From assembly GCF_964204865.1 (NCBI RefSeq), contig NC_135261.1:4526001-4590000 (forward strand): a stretch of 64,000 nucleotides of DNA, given 5' to 3'. The DNA is from Styela clava. Its lineage: Eukaryota. Below, one piece after another: positions 1 to 14,093 of this stretch. The notes beneath the pieces are model-generated. The model was given only the letters and a program-made list of their open reading frames with translations. It was not told where the DNA came from and did no database searches. Both the position numbers and the translations under genes were made by a program. Within the stretch, counting starts at the first letter, position 1; every line of letters begins with the position of its first letter.

Positions 1-352
1 CACAAGCTCACTGTTATCAGGCATGTCGCTTAGATATTAAATTGGACTCAGGCTTAGTTAGGCTTTGTAACGAAAATGAAATGGACTTACTCTCACGCAC
101 CAGATTTTACTAAATTAAAAACTCGTTTCGCTGGCTGCACACAAAAATTAGCCCTTCTCCGCGGGCCACACATTTTCCCCTTGTGGGCCACATTTGGCTC
201 GCGGGCCGCAGGTTGCACACCTTTGATCTATGGTATTAAACTTGATTTAGCAATATTTTCATTACATTTTTTCTTTATTATTTTTTGTTGACTATTTTTA
301 ATCGATTGTAAAAATAAATTCAGATATTGCTTAAAGCTGGACTCTCATTATA

Positions 353-559
353 TAGGGTGCCCATAAAATCTTAATTTTTTTTTCGAAATGCAAAAGGAAT
401 TTATCGATACCATATATTGTTTTGGCCTTCACAGATGTGTTAAATAAAGTAAAAATACTTTAACAATAACTGATTAAAAAACAACAAACCTGGTTAAGAT
501 ATATTGAGTACTGACGTCATAAAAAAATTGAAATTGTAAAGGACTTTATGGACACCCTG
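353..559. mobile_element. Tc1/mariner-type MITE (~205 bp; family F)
   Basis: TIR (C/T)AGGGTG(T/C)CCATAAA...TTTATGGACACCCTG flanked by TA. Shared internal aacaacaaacctggttaagatatattgag. Seven copies in the window. Confidence 0.85.
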
Positions 560-2310
560 TAGTTCTATGTGCATATTCTTCAAGTCTTCAGTCTTCACTT
601 CAGAGTTCTTCAAGTCTTGAATTTCAACAAATAAGTTTATATAAGACTCTTATTCACGTCTTTCGCTCGCAACAAGGCAGCAGAATTTAAATATATCAGG
701 CAGAATACATTTTTTTCTTACCTATACTCTAGAAATCAGTATGAGTCTTGATTTAAATATTTGTAAATGTAAGTGTATTGCGACAAAGCTACATTACCAT
801 AGACGACGTGTCGGCAATTGAACGCATTGAAAAAGCCATTTTGTATCTTTTCCATCAAATTCAAATTTACTCGGTGCCGCAACATTTACTCCAATGTCAA
901 TGGATATTAAAACTATCGGAAAACCACTTGGGATGCAATATTCGAATTCTAAACTGCTTTGGAAGTTTGATTTTGGTCAGACGAAACGTTATAGAAATAT
1001 ATTTGTGTAGGTGTGCAGACTCTTGAATTGCATAGTATGGTTATGTTTATTTCTGCTACAGCATTCTTACATTATACACATACGGATCAACTAGCGCAAA
1101 GACATTGAGAAAGGATTGGGAGTTAGTCCCGCGCACCTCTACTGATAGTTAAATTACGAATGATGCAATAATTCAGTCTATGACGGAATAAAAAAAAAGT
1201 TTGTTTTGACAGACTTTGAATGCTACCCATTTTTACCGCTCTCAACTTTTACTTTGGGAACCGCTGCGATGTGTAATTATGCTATTTAATTATGACACTG
1301 CTTTTAACAAAAAACTGCTGTAATCACTTTGATTCACGTGAGCCAGAATTCCGTGAAAAAAAGAGCCGCAGGTTGCCGATCGCTGGTATTGATCATGAAT
1401 ACAAGAAAATACCAGCATCTGCATTATTCGACGCTAGCTATTTGAAGAGATGAGCATATAAATACCGTTATGTTTGCTCACCTAATTCATTCTCATATGT
1501 TAAACAAAGGCTAATTCATTCATATTTTCTGAAAGATATAATTGTTTTCTTAAAACTAGAAAGCAATTATCTTAGGTATAAAGCCCACAATAAAAACCTT
1601 TTTATTAGATTTTTTCAAGCTTTTTAAATTCCATTCTCAAAATTGTTAATTTTAGGTTTATTTGCCAAACCAGTGTGGTTTTTGCCACTAATTATAACCT
1701 AATTAAAGTTAATTATCTGGAGAATGTTTTAATGAATTAAATATAGTCTTGAAGTGTTATTTTTGTAACTACAATTAGACTTATGTAAGGTTCTAGTTTA
1801 TGTAAGTTGAAAATGAAATTGTTTTTGTAGCTTTAATTTTACGAAGTCACTGTAATAATATACATTCTTGCGTTATTGAAGGAAGTAAAAATTGAACTCC
1901 TTATATACTGTTAGTGTGTGATATATAGGTCAGTTAGATACGATGAAAAAAAGGGGGATATAGTAAGGGATTCTCAGTGTTGTCCTTGGCAGATAAATCA
2001 CGCGTGTTAACCTATATCTACTTAACATTTCCAACGCAAGGACAACTCTAAAATTCTACGAAGGCATGTATGTTATTCTTGTGTTATTGAGAGAAGAAAA
2101 TTAAATTTCTAAGATACTTGGTGAGATATGCAGCAGCTCGATAGGATAGACTTGCACGGCTCCCCAAACTGGGGGGTCGCGACCCTGTAGGGCCCGCGCA
2201 ACCGATTTTAGGGGTCGCAATGAGGACACTAATTTCACACAGAGTACTATATTTATTGTACTTTTTTTTTTACTTCTGATTCGAAACACATTTATTAAAA
2301 CTATAGTGTA

Positions 2311-2703
2311 AGGTCGGCAACTTTTTGCCGCACATATTTTTAGAATGTTAAAAATCGAATGGATGACCGATGAATCACATTTTATCACACAGATCAGAAG
2401 TTAAATTTCAAGCAGCGCGCGAAGACTGACCATTTGAATATTATTTGCGCCAATAAACCATTTGCACTTAGCATCAACTTTTCTGCGTTTTGTTGTCATT
2501 TGTCTAAATTATATTTAAATTATAGGCTCATTAAACGAGAAATTGTGAATTATATACTTGTTACGTTATAATATAACTTAGTCTACACGTAAATTCTTTT
2601 GCGTAAAGAATATAATCGACAAAACAGATATAATTTGTTACTATAATTCAGTGAAGCGTCGCGGGCCGGATCCGTCCCGCGGGCCGTAGGTTGCCGACCC
2701 CTG
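2311..2703. mobile_element. hAT-type MITE
   Basis: ggtcggcaac ... gttgccgacccctg ends, subterminal GCGGGCC repeats, gtgtaag on both flanks. Confidence 0.6.
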
Positions 2704-3794
2704 GTGTAAGACATAAATCCCACGATTTTGAGAGTATGTACAGAACCAGTGAAGTGCAAATATAACAAACCCTCGTGTTATGCCTCCCTCTCATCTCAGT
2801 TGCTAACTTGCTAACTTGAATATTTTTTATATTACACGTGTCCATCGCTATCTACCTGTCATTCCCAACTCAAAGACAACTCTTAAATCTTACGAATGCG
2901 TGTATGTTATTCTTTTGTTATTGGAAGAAGAAAAATTGGAGCTATCAGATCATGTTAATAAGTAAGGTATGAGTAGAGATATATATATAGTAAGGGGTTT
3001 ACACTGTTGTCCGTAGCAAATATAACAAATCTTCGTTATGTGTCGTTCCGTTTCATCTAGCTTTTCCTTGGCAGTGTTGACTTAAATATATTTTTTGAAA
3101 GAAGAGAATTGATTTTCTCAGATCTTGTTAGGAGCGAAAACGTGAGTAAATACGGCACGGAGAAAACAAACGATTTCAGTATTCGCTTGAAATTGCATTT
3201 CTTTAATTATAAGTTTTGTTTTTAATGAAGCTTGGTGTTGAACAAAATGAAAAAAATTCACACCTAATTCCATGTTTTTTTCATTACTGATTGCCAAAAC
3301 TGGTGATCAAACATCTTAATAAAAAGTTAATTACTTAATTGGTCAGCAACTCCGCGAGCTGTGACGTCAAGTTGAAAAATATACAATGAAGGAAGTATTC
3401 AATCGAAATGTTTCACACGCAAAATCAAAACGAATGTCATTGGAATTATTAAACTTCAAATTAATTTAATGTTTAATTGAAGTCTGCAAAGGCTAATAAA
3501 GTTTTCCATCAGACTGAAAACTAACTCTGTCTCATTTAATGAATGTAATTGTACGCACATGGCTTCTGGTGGGCTGGTACATAGAGAAAATTTGTGGTAG
3601 TATACAAAAGAATTAGGCAGGTGTATATAGTAATTGGGAACTAGTTTTGTAGTTATTGGTTGAATTTTAAAAGCTGGAAAATATGTTAAAATTGAATACC
3701 GTTCACTGTTTTTGGACTGTTCGAGTTGGCAGGAATCCCGGCGTTAGCAATATTTACAAATCATCCAAATTTATGCAAAAACAATAGTCTAGAT

Positions 3795-4470
3795 CAGGGT
3801 GGTCCAAGGTTGTCGGCCACGCGGGCCACAAAATTATTTTTGCATTGTTCGCGGGCCACAATAGTGCCAGGAATAGGCAAACATTGCAATACAAAACAAA
3901 GACATCATCAGTATTTGTCATTTATCAAGCTAAAAAACATGCAAAAACCACCAAAAAACTCATTAAAACGTGCAAAAATCTTTCTATATCCTACATGTAG
4001 AGTAAGATTTCAAACTCTTCAAAACGATGAAAGTGACATAAAGGGAAATTGCCGTTTGAGAATTTGAGATACAGGAGGGTAATTACTTAATCATTTGACA
4101 TATAGGCAGCATTTTTTGTAACACTGCACGGCAGGAAGTTGCGGCCATATCATTAAGATTTAGTTATCGGGCCAACCTAGGCTGATAGATTTCACATTAG
4201 ATTTGTATGAAGCCTATTTTGTTAGCATATATTCCCGACCACAAAGCTAGAGAGCCAGTTAACAATTTAGACTAGCCAAGCACATTATTCAACTTCGCAA
4301 TTCAGTAACATTAGTGATGTAACAATATGTCAAAAGATTTTTTTTGTTATTTTTATGACGAACAACAACAATTGCGAATTTTGTTCACCCTCCCGCAACT
4401 ATGAGGCGGGCCACAGATAATGAAACGGCGGGCCACGTGTGGCCCGAGGACCTGGGGTTGGACCACCCTG
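3795..4470. mobile_element. Non-autonomous hAT (Charlie-like) element, 676 bp
   Basis: Perfect 13-bp TIR CAGGGTGGTCCAA; 8-bp TSD gtctagat/gtctagac (nTCTAGAn-type target); subterminal GCGGGCCAC repeats. Confidence 0.9.
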
Positions 4471-4961
4471 GTCTAGACTCTAGGACACCGGTTTTCACTT
4501 TTTTGTTCGTGCGGGACCAAATTATCAGTGAAAAAAACCTAACATCGCACGAAAAAAAAATGCCTCTTGATCGGAACCGGACACAAAATAACAGGAGGTT
4601 AACGACATAGAAAGGGTAAAATGAATTAATTGATTCATATTCACAGGATTTAAAAGAAGAAACAATAAAACATTTGAAATAAATACAATATGTAAAATAT
4701 TCAATCATGTATTAGTTGTGTTCAGAACAATTATGTTAATTTTCGGGGCGCACTTAACGCGTCGTGGGTCGCAACACATTAAATTTCTTTAATACAGATC
4801 ACGACGCATTGCAAAGGAAATGAATATATTAACATCAAATTACGACAAAAGGGAGTTTTACAATTGATGCATATACAATCGATGATACATCTGAGATTGT
4901 TTATGTGCATATAAATACGCGACTGAATATTCAATCCTTCTTGCCAGCATTTGTAACGTTT

Positions 4962-5273
4962 TTACTCATCGATCTTAAGATCGGTAAGTATGTTGATAGG
5001 TATTTGTCTGTTTGTTTGTTTGTCTGTCTGTCTGTTAGATGAACGCGATATCTCACGAAAGCGAGGTTGAATCTGCTTCAAATTTTTCATGTGCATTCAC
5101 CATAGATCGGATCAGGAGCCTATTGATTTTCGATGATTTATGCGGTATAATTAGCGAGTTATTAATTAATTAGTGATAGGACACACGGTGTCACTATGGA
5201 GTAAGAGTGCTGTTTTGGGGAATCCCCTAACTTTCGACCGATAAGTCTTCGGTCTCCGACCGATATTCTCGTT
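4962..5273 (+). mobile_element. Helentron-associated HINE/DINE-1-like element
   Basis: Begins in a T-run. 5' subTIR actcatcgatc with adjacent inverted copy gatcggtaagt; (GTTT/GTCT)n microsatellite; 3' subTIR gaccgataagt; hairpin tcggtc-tcc-gaccga; ends ctcgtt; no TSD. Confidence 0.8.
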
Positions 5274-7651
5274 CGATCTATTATTGGACACGGATTGTAC
5301 ATATAGATCGTTTTGTTATTATTTGTTGTTGTTATTGATCATCTCGTTAGTATTTCTTATATTCTTGTTGGTACGAAAAATCTCTTTTCTCATCAACTAC
5401 TGGACCGATTGCTTTCAAGTTTGTATTTTTTTCTAGAATGCAATTATAATTAATTTCATTCATTCATTTGTTCTGTGCTGGGTTCTATAGAATTTGTTTT
5501 TTGTTTGCGATGACGACATCGGAACCAAGAGTTGCACACCTTGTGGCGACACCGCGTTCGTTGCCATGTGATGGCCAGGCGAAGTTATGAAGACAGCGGT
5601 ACCGTTATTTTACTGTGACAGATTGAATACCCGTGCTACATCGTTTTGGATTTTGTGTCCGTGTCCATATATTGGAGCATCGCTCTCTTGTTTATTCTAC
5701 TATTATTTTCTAAGTGCACATGAAAACCAGTTTATGACGAATGTCCAACCAGTCGTAGATGCATAATTTTATTAATCATATTATTTTGGACGTTTTCTTT
5801 CTTCTGTAGGCCATGCGTAATACTATTATGTCGGTCAGTATCAGCACAATTGCGCGGCTTATTTTGTTGCATTTTGAGTCTTTGATTTATACTCTCAAAT
5901 ACTGATCTAGAATTTGGAAAATAAAGCAATTTTTGTCTGATTAACAATAATATAAACAACAGCAATGAGCAAATCCACAGTTCCGTGTGTAAAAATTAAT
6001 AACCCCTCCTTTACATCCTTCTTACTGCGGACCATGATTAGTTCTATATCGTGTCAAACAGAATAGCGCGGATCGTTCTGTTTTGCTGTGTTTTGCTTTT
6101 GTAAATTGAGGGATTCACCTCGACTTTTAGCGGCCATAAAAATAAAAATAAAAACAGGGTGACGACGATTCGAAATCTTCAAAATGCCGAGCCCTGGATG
6201 TATAAAATTAATCAGAATATAATAAGCGATTTCCTCCTGCTGTGGGGCCATGTGTACTTCTACCGCGTCTGAAAGTATTAAGTACAAAAGCGCGGATAAT
6301 TCTGTTGTGTTGTGTAATTCGTTAATTATACGTTCATCAGACATAGGTTATTGTGTTTGTGCCATTGAAATGAATTCCTTACGAATCAGGTCAGTTTATT
6401 ACCGGTCGATTTTGTTTGTCAAGGTAGATTCTGTATATGAAATTAACTATATTTGTTGGGGAAGAAAAAAAATGAAAACATTATTTTTGCGGGATAATTT
6501 CACCGCTTTAGAAAAGGCTCCCTCCCTCCTAAGCGACAAAGCTCCTCTATTTTTTCTTTCTAGTTGAGTAACTCTGGTTTAAGATATTTACCTACGTAAA
6601 AAGACTCTCTAATGTAATGGAGAAAACCAGGCGCATTCTACAAGCACGAATATTAAAATACTGCGAAATTGAAGTTATATTATCGTTTATTCACAACAGC
6701 AAGAAGGCTAAATATCGCACTACGGAACTAACACTCAAAACGGCTAAATATCACACGTATCATTGTACTGTACCTTGCTAGCGAGACTCACGCTAAATTT
6801 CGTCGTTTCATGTTTAGAAGACGCATGCAGTATAGGTGCGATTCGAAGGAAAGATCAGATGTTTCAGGTATTTTGAACGTTTATACGAAGCTAAGAGGTG
6901 TCTATACTTACTATAACTATGCTGTGATGGTTGTCAGTGAGAGTTTAGCTATGTATTTCAGGAGAGTTTAAAGAATTATTATTTTGAGAAACTTGAGAGT
7001 GGAGTACGACTGGCTGATCGAAACGCAGTCGCGTTTTAACCGTTTCTATACATATATACAAACTCGCGTTGTTCGGGAACTTTTGGATTAAGGATTGGCA
7101 TGTAAGGGAATCATATTGGATACGAAATGGACTTATTGAACGTTAGTATTATCATTAATATTATTATCATGTTGTTGTTGTTATTCTTCTTCTTCTTGTT
7201 GCCTTCTGAAAAACTGCTATTGCAACAATTGATTTGAAGTTCTCATTGGTTAAAGATTGTATTTTTCGCTCCTTTCATTTATTCCTAAATTTTCTATGAA
7301 TCCTATGATATCTGATGTTTCATTCAAAGTTTCTTTTTATTTTCATTTTTCATGGTAATTCTTGTATTAATGACGTAATACGACGCTTACTCGTTCCATC
7401 AGACCCCTGGATACGGCTATGATTTCAGACACCCAATCGTGTTATTATCGTTTATATGAAAAAACGAGCTTACACGTAGACATTTTAAAAGTTACAGCTT
7501 AGACATTTTTCGACAAGTGTCAGATATTTCAGGTTATATTGAAGATTATCAAAGAGTTAAATAATATTATCCAATGTTATTGGATGTTTAAACTTTATCA
7601 TTATTTGTATTGTAATTTTTTATAAGTAACATATTGAATATAAGACATACA

Positions 7652-7842
7652 CAGAGTATTCTTGATTTAATTTAAATTGCGAAGGAAATTTATCGATATC
7701 ATATATTGTTTGGGCCAGATGTATTAAATTAGGTAAATATACTTAAACAATTACTATATAAAATAAAACTAACCTGGTTAAGATAGATTGAAAATTGTCT
7801 TCATAACAAAATTGAAATTGTGAAGGGACTTTATGATCACTG
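7652..7842. mobile_element. Tc1/mariner-type MITE family F, degenerate
   Basis: Internal sequence aligns with 353-559; TIRs decayed. Confidence 0.7.
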
Positions 7843-8107
7843 TATATTTTGCCTAGATATTTATTTCTTACTATTGTTTTGTGCAACGTACTATTTTTAG
7901 AAACAATTTTTTTATCTGTTAAGACTTTTCTAAAATATCGCTTTGTTTATGAGATTATAAGTATTAGGCCACTAAAGCCACGTATGAAAATAACATCTGG
8001 TTGTACAAGATGGTTGATCTGGTTGTACAAGAGCTGAATCAGTAATTATCGATAATTTTACCCATCTTCATCGGTAAATGAAATAGCGTTCAAAAAGTTT
8101 AATATAT

Positions 8108-8302
8108 GACGCTTCAGAAGTATGTGTACCAATATGGAGATAACAAACTTTGTTCGCCTACTTTACATCAAGTTGTGTAAAGGGACTGAAACCTATGGGC
8201 AGGGGGTCTATTTATTTGGCTAACACAGACAGTCCATGAACTCCTAATATAACTGAAAATTATGGTCTTGTCCCAACTTGGTACACACACTACGGGAGTA
8301 CT
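8108..8302 (+). mobile_element. Merlin-like MITE family A (~210 bp), degenerate
   Basis: Matches consensus GGCGCTCCAGAAGT.TGTGTACCAATATGGAGGTAACTAATTTTGTTCGCCTACTTTACATCAAG...TGGTACACATACTACGGGAGTACC. Confidence 0.8.
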
Positions 8303-9222
8303 AGTTTGATTATTGTGAATTACGTTGGCATTGACCACTTTCTTATAATCTCTTTACGACTTCAATATTTAAAATTTTTAATCCAAACAGGTGATTTAAG
8401 ATTTGAAAAGATCGTTTGATGAACACGCTTTTTGTGCTCTTATTTGAAGTAAGATATGTAATCTAATTGAATAGACTTACGTGGATAACGTTACCAGTGA
8501 ATAGTAAGAATAGTGAATAGTACGAATAGTAAGACGAAAGTATGTTTTATTAAAAAAAACGCAAAAATAGGCGGGTAGAACGTAAATAATAGAATAAATG
8601 AAACGTTTTTTTTTTAAAAAAAATAGGGCGGGAAAGATCGAATCTACTAAAATATTTTATTTTTAATTAGCTTCACGCCCCCTCAAAATATGCTTACGCC
8701 CCCTTGTGAGGCGCACCTCACGGTTTGAAAACCACTGCTTTAAGGCAAATTTGTATAAGAATTGCATCGTATTGAAGTTTCGTAATTTAAAGTTATTTAT
8801 TATCAATGTTTAGTTTTTCTTTACCCCCTTGAATACTAATGATAATATTTGTGGTATGAACGAAGTGTATGTAATTTTCGTCCATCTGCGTTGGAATTTT
8901 TTTGTTAGAAAATTAGCCTATATAAGCATCATATTTAACAACTATATAGCAAATATGTATGCTTTAATAAAATTCATATTAAGATATGATCTTACTTATT
9001 ACGAATCTTACGAATTTAAGCTGATTAGATTAAAGTTCAGATGTTTAGAATTATGTTATTTGTAAAGAATTGAGTCAAATATTTAACGATATGAATATAA
9101 TTGATTTTAGTGTGAAAGTATTTTCGTTGTCGCTAGAAGAACAGGACATTTGTCAAACAGCCATTTATTTTTACAAGGAATACCTTTCACAAAGTTTTTT
9201 TAAGGCTTATGTTATATTACAT

Positions 9223-9430
9223 TCATAGATGCTCAAAATGTCGTCCGTGCACTTCAGAGCAGTATCTTACCTAGAAGTCCAACTCGTGTAGCGTTTTGAA
9301 GGTTAATTTGTGGGATACTGTTCATATTCAACTTATACGCATTTTATTCGTGGTCTTACCCGACCTTCAAGTTTTATGCTTTGTTAGCAACCCCCATGTA
9401 GTTCATCAAAGTTAGGTTTGGTCACTGTGC
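9223..9430 (-). pseudogene. Fossil Tc1/mariner-superfamily transposase C-terminal fragment
   Basis: Minus-strand translation ends TVSHKLTFKTLHELDF*VRYCSEVHGRHFEHL*, matching the typical ..ELDYR...C....G.H.EHL* terminus. Upstream PNLTLMNYMG resembles a decayed SPDLTPLDFFLWG. Several stops. Confidence 0.55.
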
Positions 9431-10944
9431 TCTTGTGTAGCCGACACAACCTAAAAATCCCGTGGAATTGAATATTTGTCGATGAATTTTCTTTACTCTA
9501 TAAATCAGAATTCAACAGTTTTTTTTTAATCAAAATTGTCAATATCGTCAAATATAGTTGGCCATGTATAAGAAACGAGAACAGAAAGATAAGAAATTAA
9601 GTGCCACTAGACAGACAAATATTAAAATTTAAATACCTTCAATATTGAAGGATTACAAACAAAAAGCTAAATGATAAAGAAGTACATTCTAAATATAAAC
9701 TCATATACCAGTGATGCAATAACATTGATTCCCTTAGATAATAGATGGTAATCTTATCTTGTTTTTACGCTCATTCTTAGCTGAAATCAAGTTTGCTCGA
9801 ATACCCGAAAGAAAATATTTACAGTTTTATATCCTTAAATCAATAAATATATTTATAAAGGCTGCAATGTCCAAACGTCTAAAACTTGTCATGTGACATA
9901 AACTAGAAAATATTCAAACAAATGGATATTTATGAAACGATAATGAATTTTTAAACTCCAGATTATGTGGCAGGAAGTCGTGTTGAGATACTAAAATATT
10001 TATGCTTTGAAAAAAATTGATGTTTTTGTGACAATTTTATATAATTGTTGAAAAGGTTTGGGGCTTCTGCGTTTTTATCTTAAAATTAAAAATTTATGAT
10101 GTTTGTGACTACATGGAATTACGGACAACAATTGCTACTTTATGTCTGAGAGTCAAAAATTGAAAAAAACTGAACATTTTTATTTTTATTTTCGATTTAT
10201 TTATTTGGCACTTACTCTTCTGCTTTGAGCAAAGCCTTGTAGATGCAACCGTCGATATATAACGTAATACGCAATGAGCAACTATCAGTGCGTTGAGGTT
10301 CTGTTTCAACAATAGCATCGGTACAGTACCTAAGGTAAAAAGCTACATTAAGAAAATGACTGCACGTAACCATTAGTCCGATATATATTAGCTTTATTTT
10401 TTTTATGATTCTAAGATTATATAGTTGGCCTGGAGACGGGTGTCGCTGCTTGATAGCCAGTGATATTGCTTGGTGCCTCCCTTTAATCCGAAGTACAATT
10501 TTACTTCATTTTTGCATTGTTCATTCATAAAGTGTCATTTAGAACGGTGGACAGATAAATTACTGATTACTAGTCGAAAGGCTTCAAATTTCAACCATTG
10601 GCTAAAAAAATACGACTACAGTCGTTTTATAACCCGTGGACTGTTTGTTTCTATCCTTGTGTTTATTTTTGTAACGGCAAATTAGATATTCCCCAATTCA
10701 AGTTTTGTAAAATTAGCCTCAGGCGGGGATTCAGAGATGCGGTTGATTTCTTGAAATTTAGCAGAGTCATTATTGGTATCAGGCCAATCTACGCCAGCGG
10801 TTCCTAACCGACTTTAACACATATACCACCTCGCCTGTTTGAAACTCTTCATTCCTCCCTAACTATGAAGAATAGCTTCGTTTCCGTCTGCTGTTCAAAC
10901 TTTTATATATCAATAGCTAGTGTTATGCATTATGCACATTGATT

Positions 10945-11153
10945 GGTACTCCCCTAGTTTGTGTACCAGGTTAGGGTTAGGCCATAACTTTATTCCGATT
11001 TTCCTCATTTAGGTTATATCACGTGTTGGGACTGTAAGTGTTAGCCAAGTGAATATACCCCTGCCCATAGACTTTAGTCCTTTTACACAACTTGATGTAA
11101 AGTAGGCGAACAAAATTGATTACCTCCATATTAGTAAAATATTCTGGAGTTTC
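10945..11153 (-). mobile_element. Merlin-like MITE family A
   Basis: Reverse copy; partial TSD cattgatt/cattgcgc. Confidence 0.85.
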
Positions 11154-11470
11154 CATTGCGCACTCTGGCCTTTGTACAATTTGAATAGTTTATGTATAAA
11201 TAAGTGTTAAGAATCACTAATAACTAAAGAATATAAATAATACTACAAGAAATTACAACGTGAAAAACCTTCCCCTGAGGTTAATAAATTTTTGCCTCAG
11301 GAGGAATTTCTCCCCGATTGGGAAACTCTGATCTAATTTTTAATGCTTATTAACGAATAAACAAAGTTTTCAGGTAAATTTTTGGAAACGAATCACAAGC
11401 CTCAGTCCGACCAAACAATCAAAACATTCTCCTTGGTGGAAGAGTGCTTAGATGAGCAATATTTTACTAA

Positions 11471-11657
11471 GGTTCCATTACATTTGAACTCACGTACAGT
11501 TGAACCCATGACAATTGCACCTGTATGCTATTGCACCTATGGAATTTTTTTTGTTTCACGGATAGTTGAACCCATACTAACCCTAACCCATGGGTTTTAG
11601 CACTCGCATATAGATTGAACCCGTGGATATACGCATGGGTTCAAATGTACGGTCACC
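11471..11657. mobile_element. GG-ended MITE family E with 9-bp TSD (Merlin or Mutator-like)
   Basis: GGTTCCATTACATTTGAAC...GGGTTCAAATGTACGGTCACC; perfect TSD ttttactaa; internal TTGAACCC repeats and CTAACCCTAACC. Confidence 0.88.
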
Positions 11658-11973
11658 TTTTACTAAGTGAATTTAGCTTTAGTGACCCATAGACACGATA
11701 TAAAGATCTCCCTCTAGCTCAGTGGTTCTCAAACGATGGGCCGCAGACAATTTTTCAAGGGGGTTTGAAGCTAATTAAAATAAAACTATTTGTTAGATTT
11801 GATCTTGCTCACCTTGTTTGTTTTAAAACATTTTATTTATTTCAATTTTACGTTCCATCCACGCTTTTTCAACGTGTTTTCTCATAGTACAATTATGTCC
11901 TGCCACACTGCAACTTTTTAGACCAGAGACCAGGGTTTGATTGTGGCAGCTTTACGCAGACCAGATTGAAATT

Positions 11974-13227
11974 TAGAGATGTACCGATACCGCTTTTGTC
12001 GCCGATACCGATACCGATCCGATACCAGCTAAAAACGCCGATACCGATACCGATACGCCGATACTACAAAAAGGCCGATATTACCGATATTCCGATACCG
12101 ATACTATGTAATTATTACTCAATTAGGTGTGCTGTGTAGGGCAGACGGTTTAAAACAATGGTCCTTGAGCGTTGTTCATAATCATAGTACACAATATTTC
12201 AGATTGAAAAAAAAGATATATATATGTCGCATAATATGAAATTAATGTTTGGTATCCATATGCTTTAACTGATTAAAAAACATTGTACAGTAACGCTAGT
12301 AATCTCGGTGTTCAATTGAAACTCATAAGCCGGGATGTCCAATATGAATTTAATGTAAATATTGCGACCTTCAAAAATCGTTATTCGTGTTTAAAAGAAT
12401 ATCGAATATCACCCACACATTCTAGAGCCGCCGTCCTACGTTCAAATTAAAAGCATTTTTCAAATATTTTATTTCGTGGCTAATCGTAATCGTCGACGCA
12501 ATAAGTAAGTCAAAGCCAACATGGAAGAATATCAATCAGCACCGATCAAAAGAAGGCCTACCTATAACCGTCGTGGACGTTTTTTTACTTTACTATTTTA
12601 TATTAATATACAATTGCTATCATATATTTTGTGACAGTCTAAGGCTAGGCGGTCATGTCAATATATCTATAAAGAAATTGTGTAGTTAAACAAAATTAAT
12701 ACCTGCGTAGAGGGATAATTGTGTCGGAATTTAGTTTATCGATGTCGACGGACTAAATGACACTCGTACTTGACGACAAACAGTCAGAATTTATACCCGT
12801 GCCAAAAGTCCATGTGCCGTTAATAAGGACCCCAATTCCACTGTATGATTTGAAACTGGGCGTCTAATTGCTTTTTGTCATGTGCCGTGTTTGATATATT
12901 TTTTCATAATTACTATGTCATATTAAAACTGCCAATATAAAAATTTGACAGCGAAAATAGCCAAATTAGTTGAGCTAATTTGGCCGATAAATAGGTAAAA
13001 ACACGTGAATCCTATTCTCTCGCGGGGGTCACGATCTTTCCGGACAAAAATAAATTGAAAAGTAGTATTCCAACTTATCTTTTAAAACATTCTGGACCAT
13101 ATCAACAAGGTAAATATATCGGAAATATCGGCCTTAATCTTACCGATACCGATACATGGCCGATACCAAAAAAATTGCCGATATTGCCGATACCGATACC
13201 CGATACCGATACATCGGTACATCTCTA
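11974..13227. mobile_element. Non-autonomous hAT element, ~1.25 kb, with (CCGATA)n subterminal arrays
   Basis: TIR TAGAGATGTACCGAT...ATCGGTACATCTCTA. CCGATA arrays at about 11984-12102 and 13143-13211. Near-TSD gattgaa(at)t / gattgaat. No transposase ORF. Confidence 0.88.
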
Positions 13228-13880
13228 GATTGAATCACGCAATGGGTCGGATTTGGCCAGTGTGCTGTAGATTGCCCATGTTAGTGCTACAGAATCCTTA
13301 CAATATAATAACACAGTTACAGATCCACTAGCATCAAGGCATAGAGGAAGGATAGAGTGTTAGACTCGCGCAACCAAACGCATGATTGACATAGGACATG
13401 GCATAACTTCGTCAGCTTAATACAATGATATGGAAACTGATAAACGCAATTTTCTAGGATTATGATATCGACGCCTTATCGTGTTTAGTGGTTGAAGCAT
13501 ATAACGATGATGTAAGATTTTTAAGGGTTTCAGAAACACGTGTCCCAACCGGGGATAGTCTTGTATTCTAATAATGAATGCATGAATGAAGTGATGAAGT
13601 AATTTTCATGCACAATAAAAAAGAGAGAAATAAAGAATTCAAAAATAGGCGAAAAAGGTTGGGAACCATTGATTTGAGCAAAGTGTTACCTGGGAGCAGC
13701 TTCAGGGTTGTATTATGTTATTATTACTGCTTTAGGTTAGTATTTTTTTTTTATTTGTAAACATTAGAATTTGATTCTGAGCCAGCTTCATGTCACATTG
13801 CAATAAACTTTTAAGTTTTAGAGCTGAGTGGAGTCGAATTGATTATATACAACTCGTTTAGTTACTACTTTCTTGATTGG

Positions 13881-14093
13881 GTATTCCCGTAGAATGTGTA
13901 ACAGGTTAGGGTTATATCATAATTTTATTTCGATTTTCCTTATTTTGATTCTATTACGAGTTTGGGAACTGTCTGTGTTAGTCAAGTAAATATACCCCAT
14001 GCCCATAGGTTTCAGTCCCTTTATACAACTTGATGTAAAGTAGACGGACAAAATTAGTTACAGCAATATTGGTACACACACTTCTGGAGCGCC
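13881..14093 (-). mobile_element. Merlin-like MITE family A
   Basis: Perfect 8-bp TSD cttgattg; GG..CC termini. Confidence 0.9.

Noticed and set aside
3726-4708. ORFs of 113, 107 and 69 aa
   Set aside because: They overlap the ends of a non-autonomous hAT element and have no transposase motifs.
6054-6567. 96-aa and 105-aa ORFs
   Set aside because: No recognisable motifs and no phase-compatible partner exons found.
10969-10982. Interstitial telomere or chromosome-healing site
   Set aside because: Only ~2 TTAGGG units, always at the same position inside MITEs.
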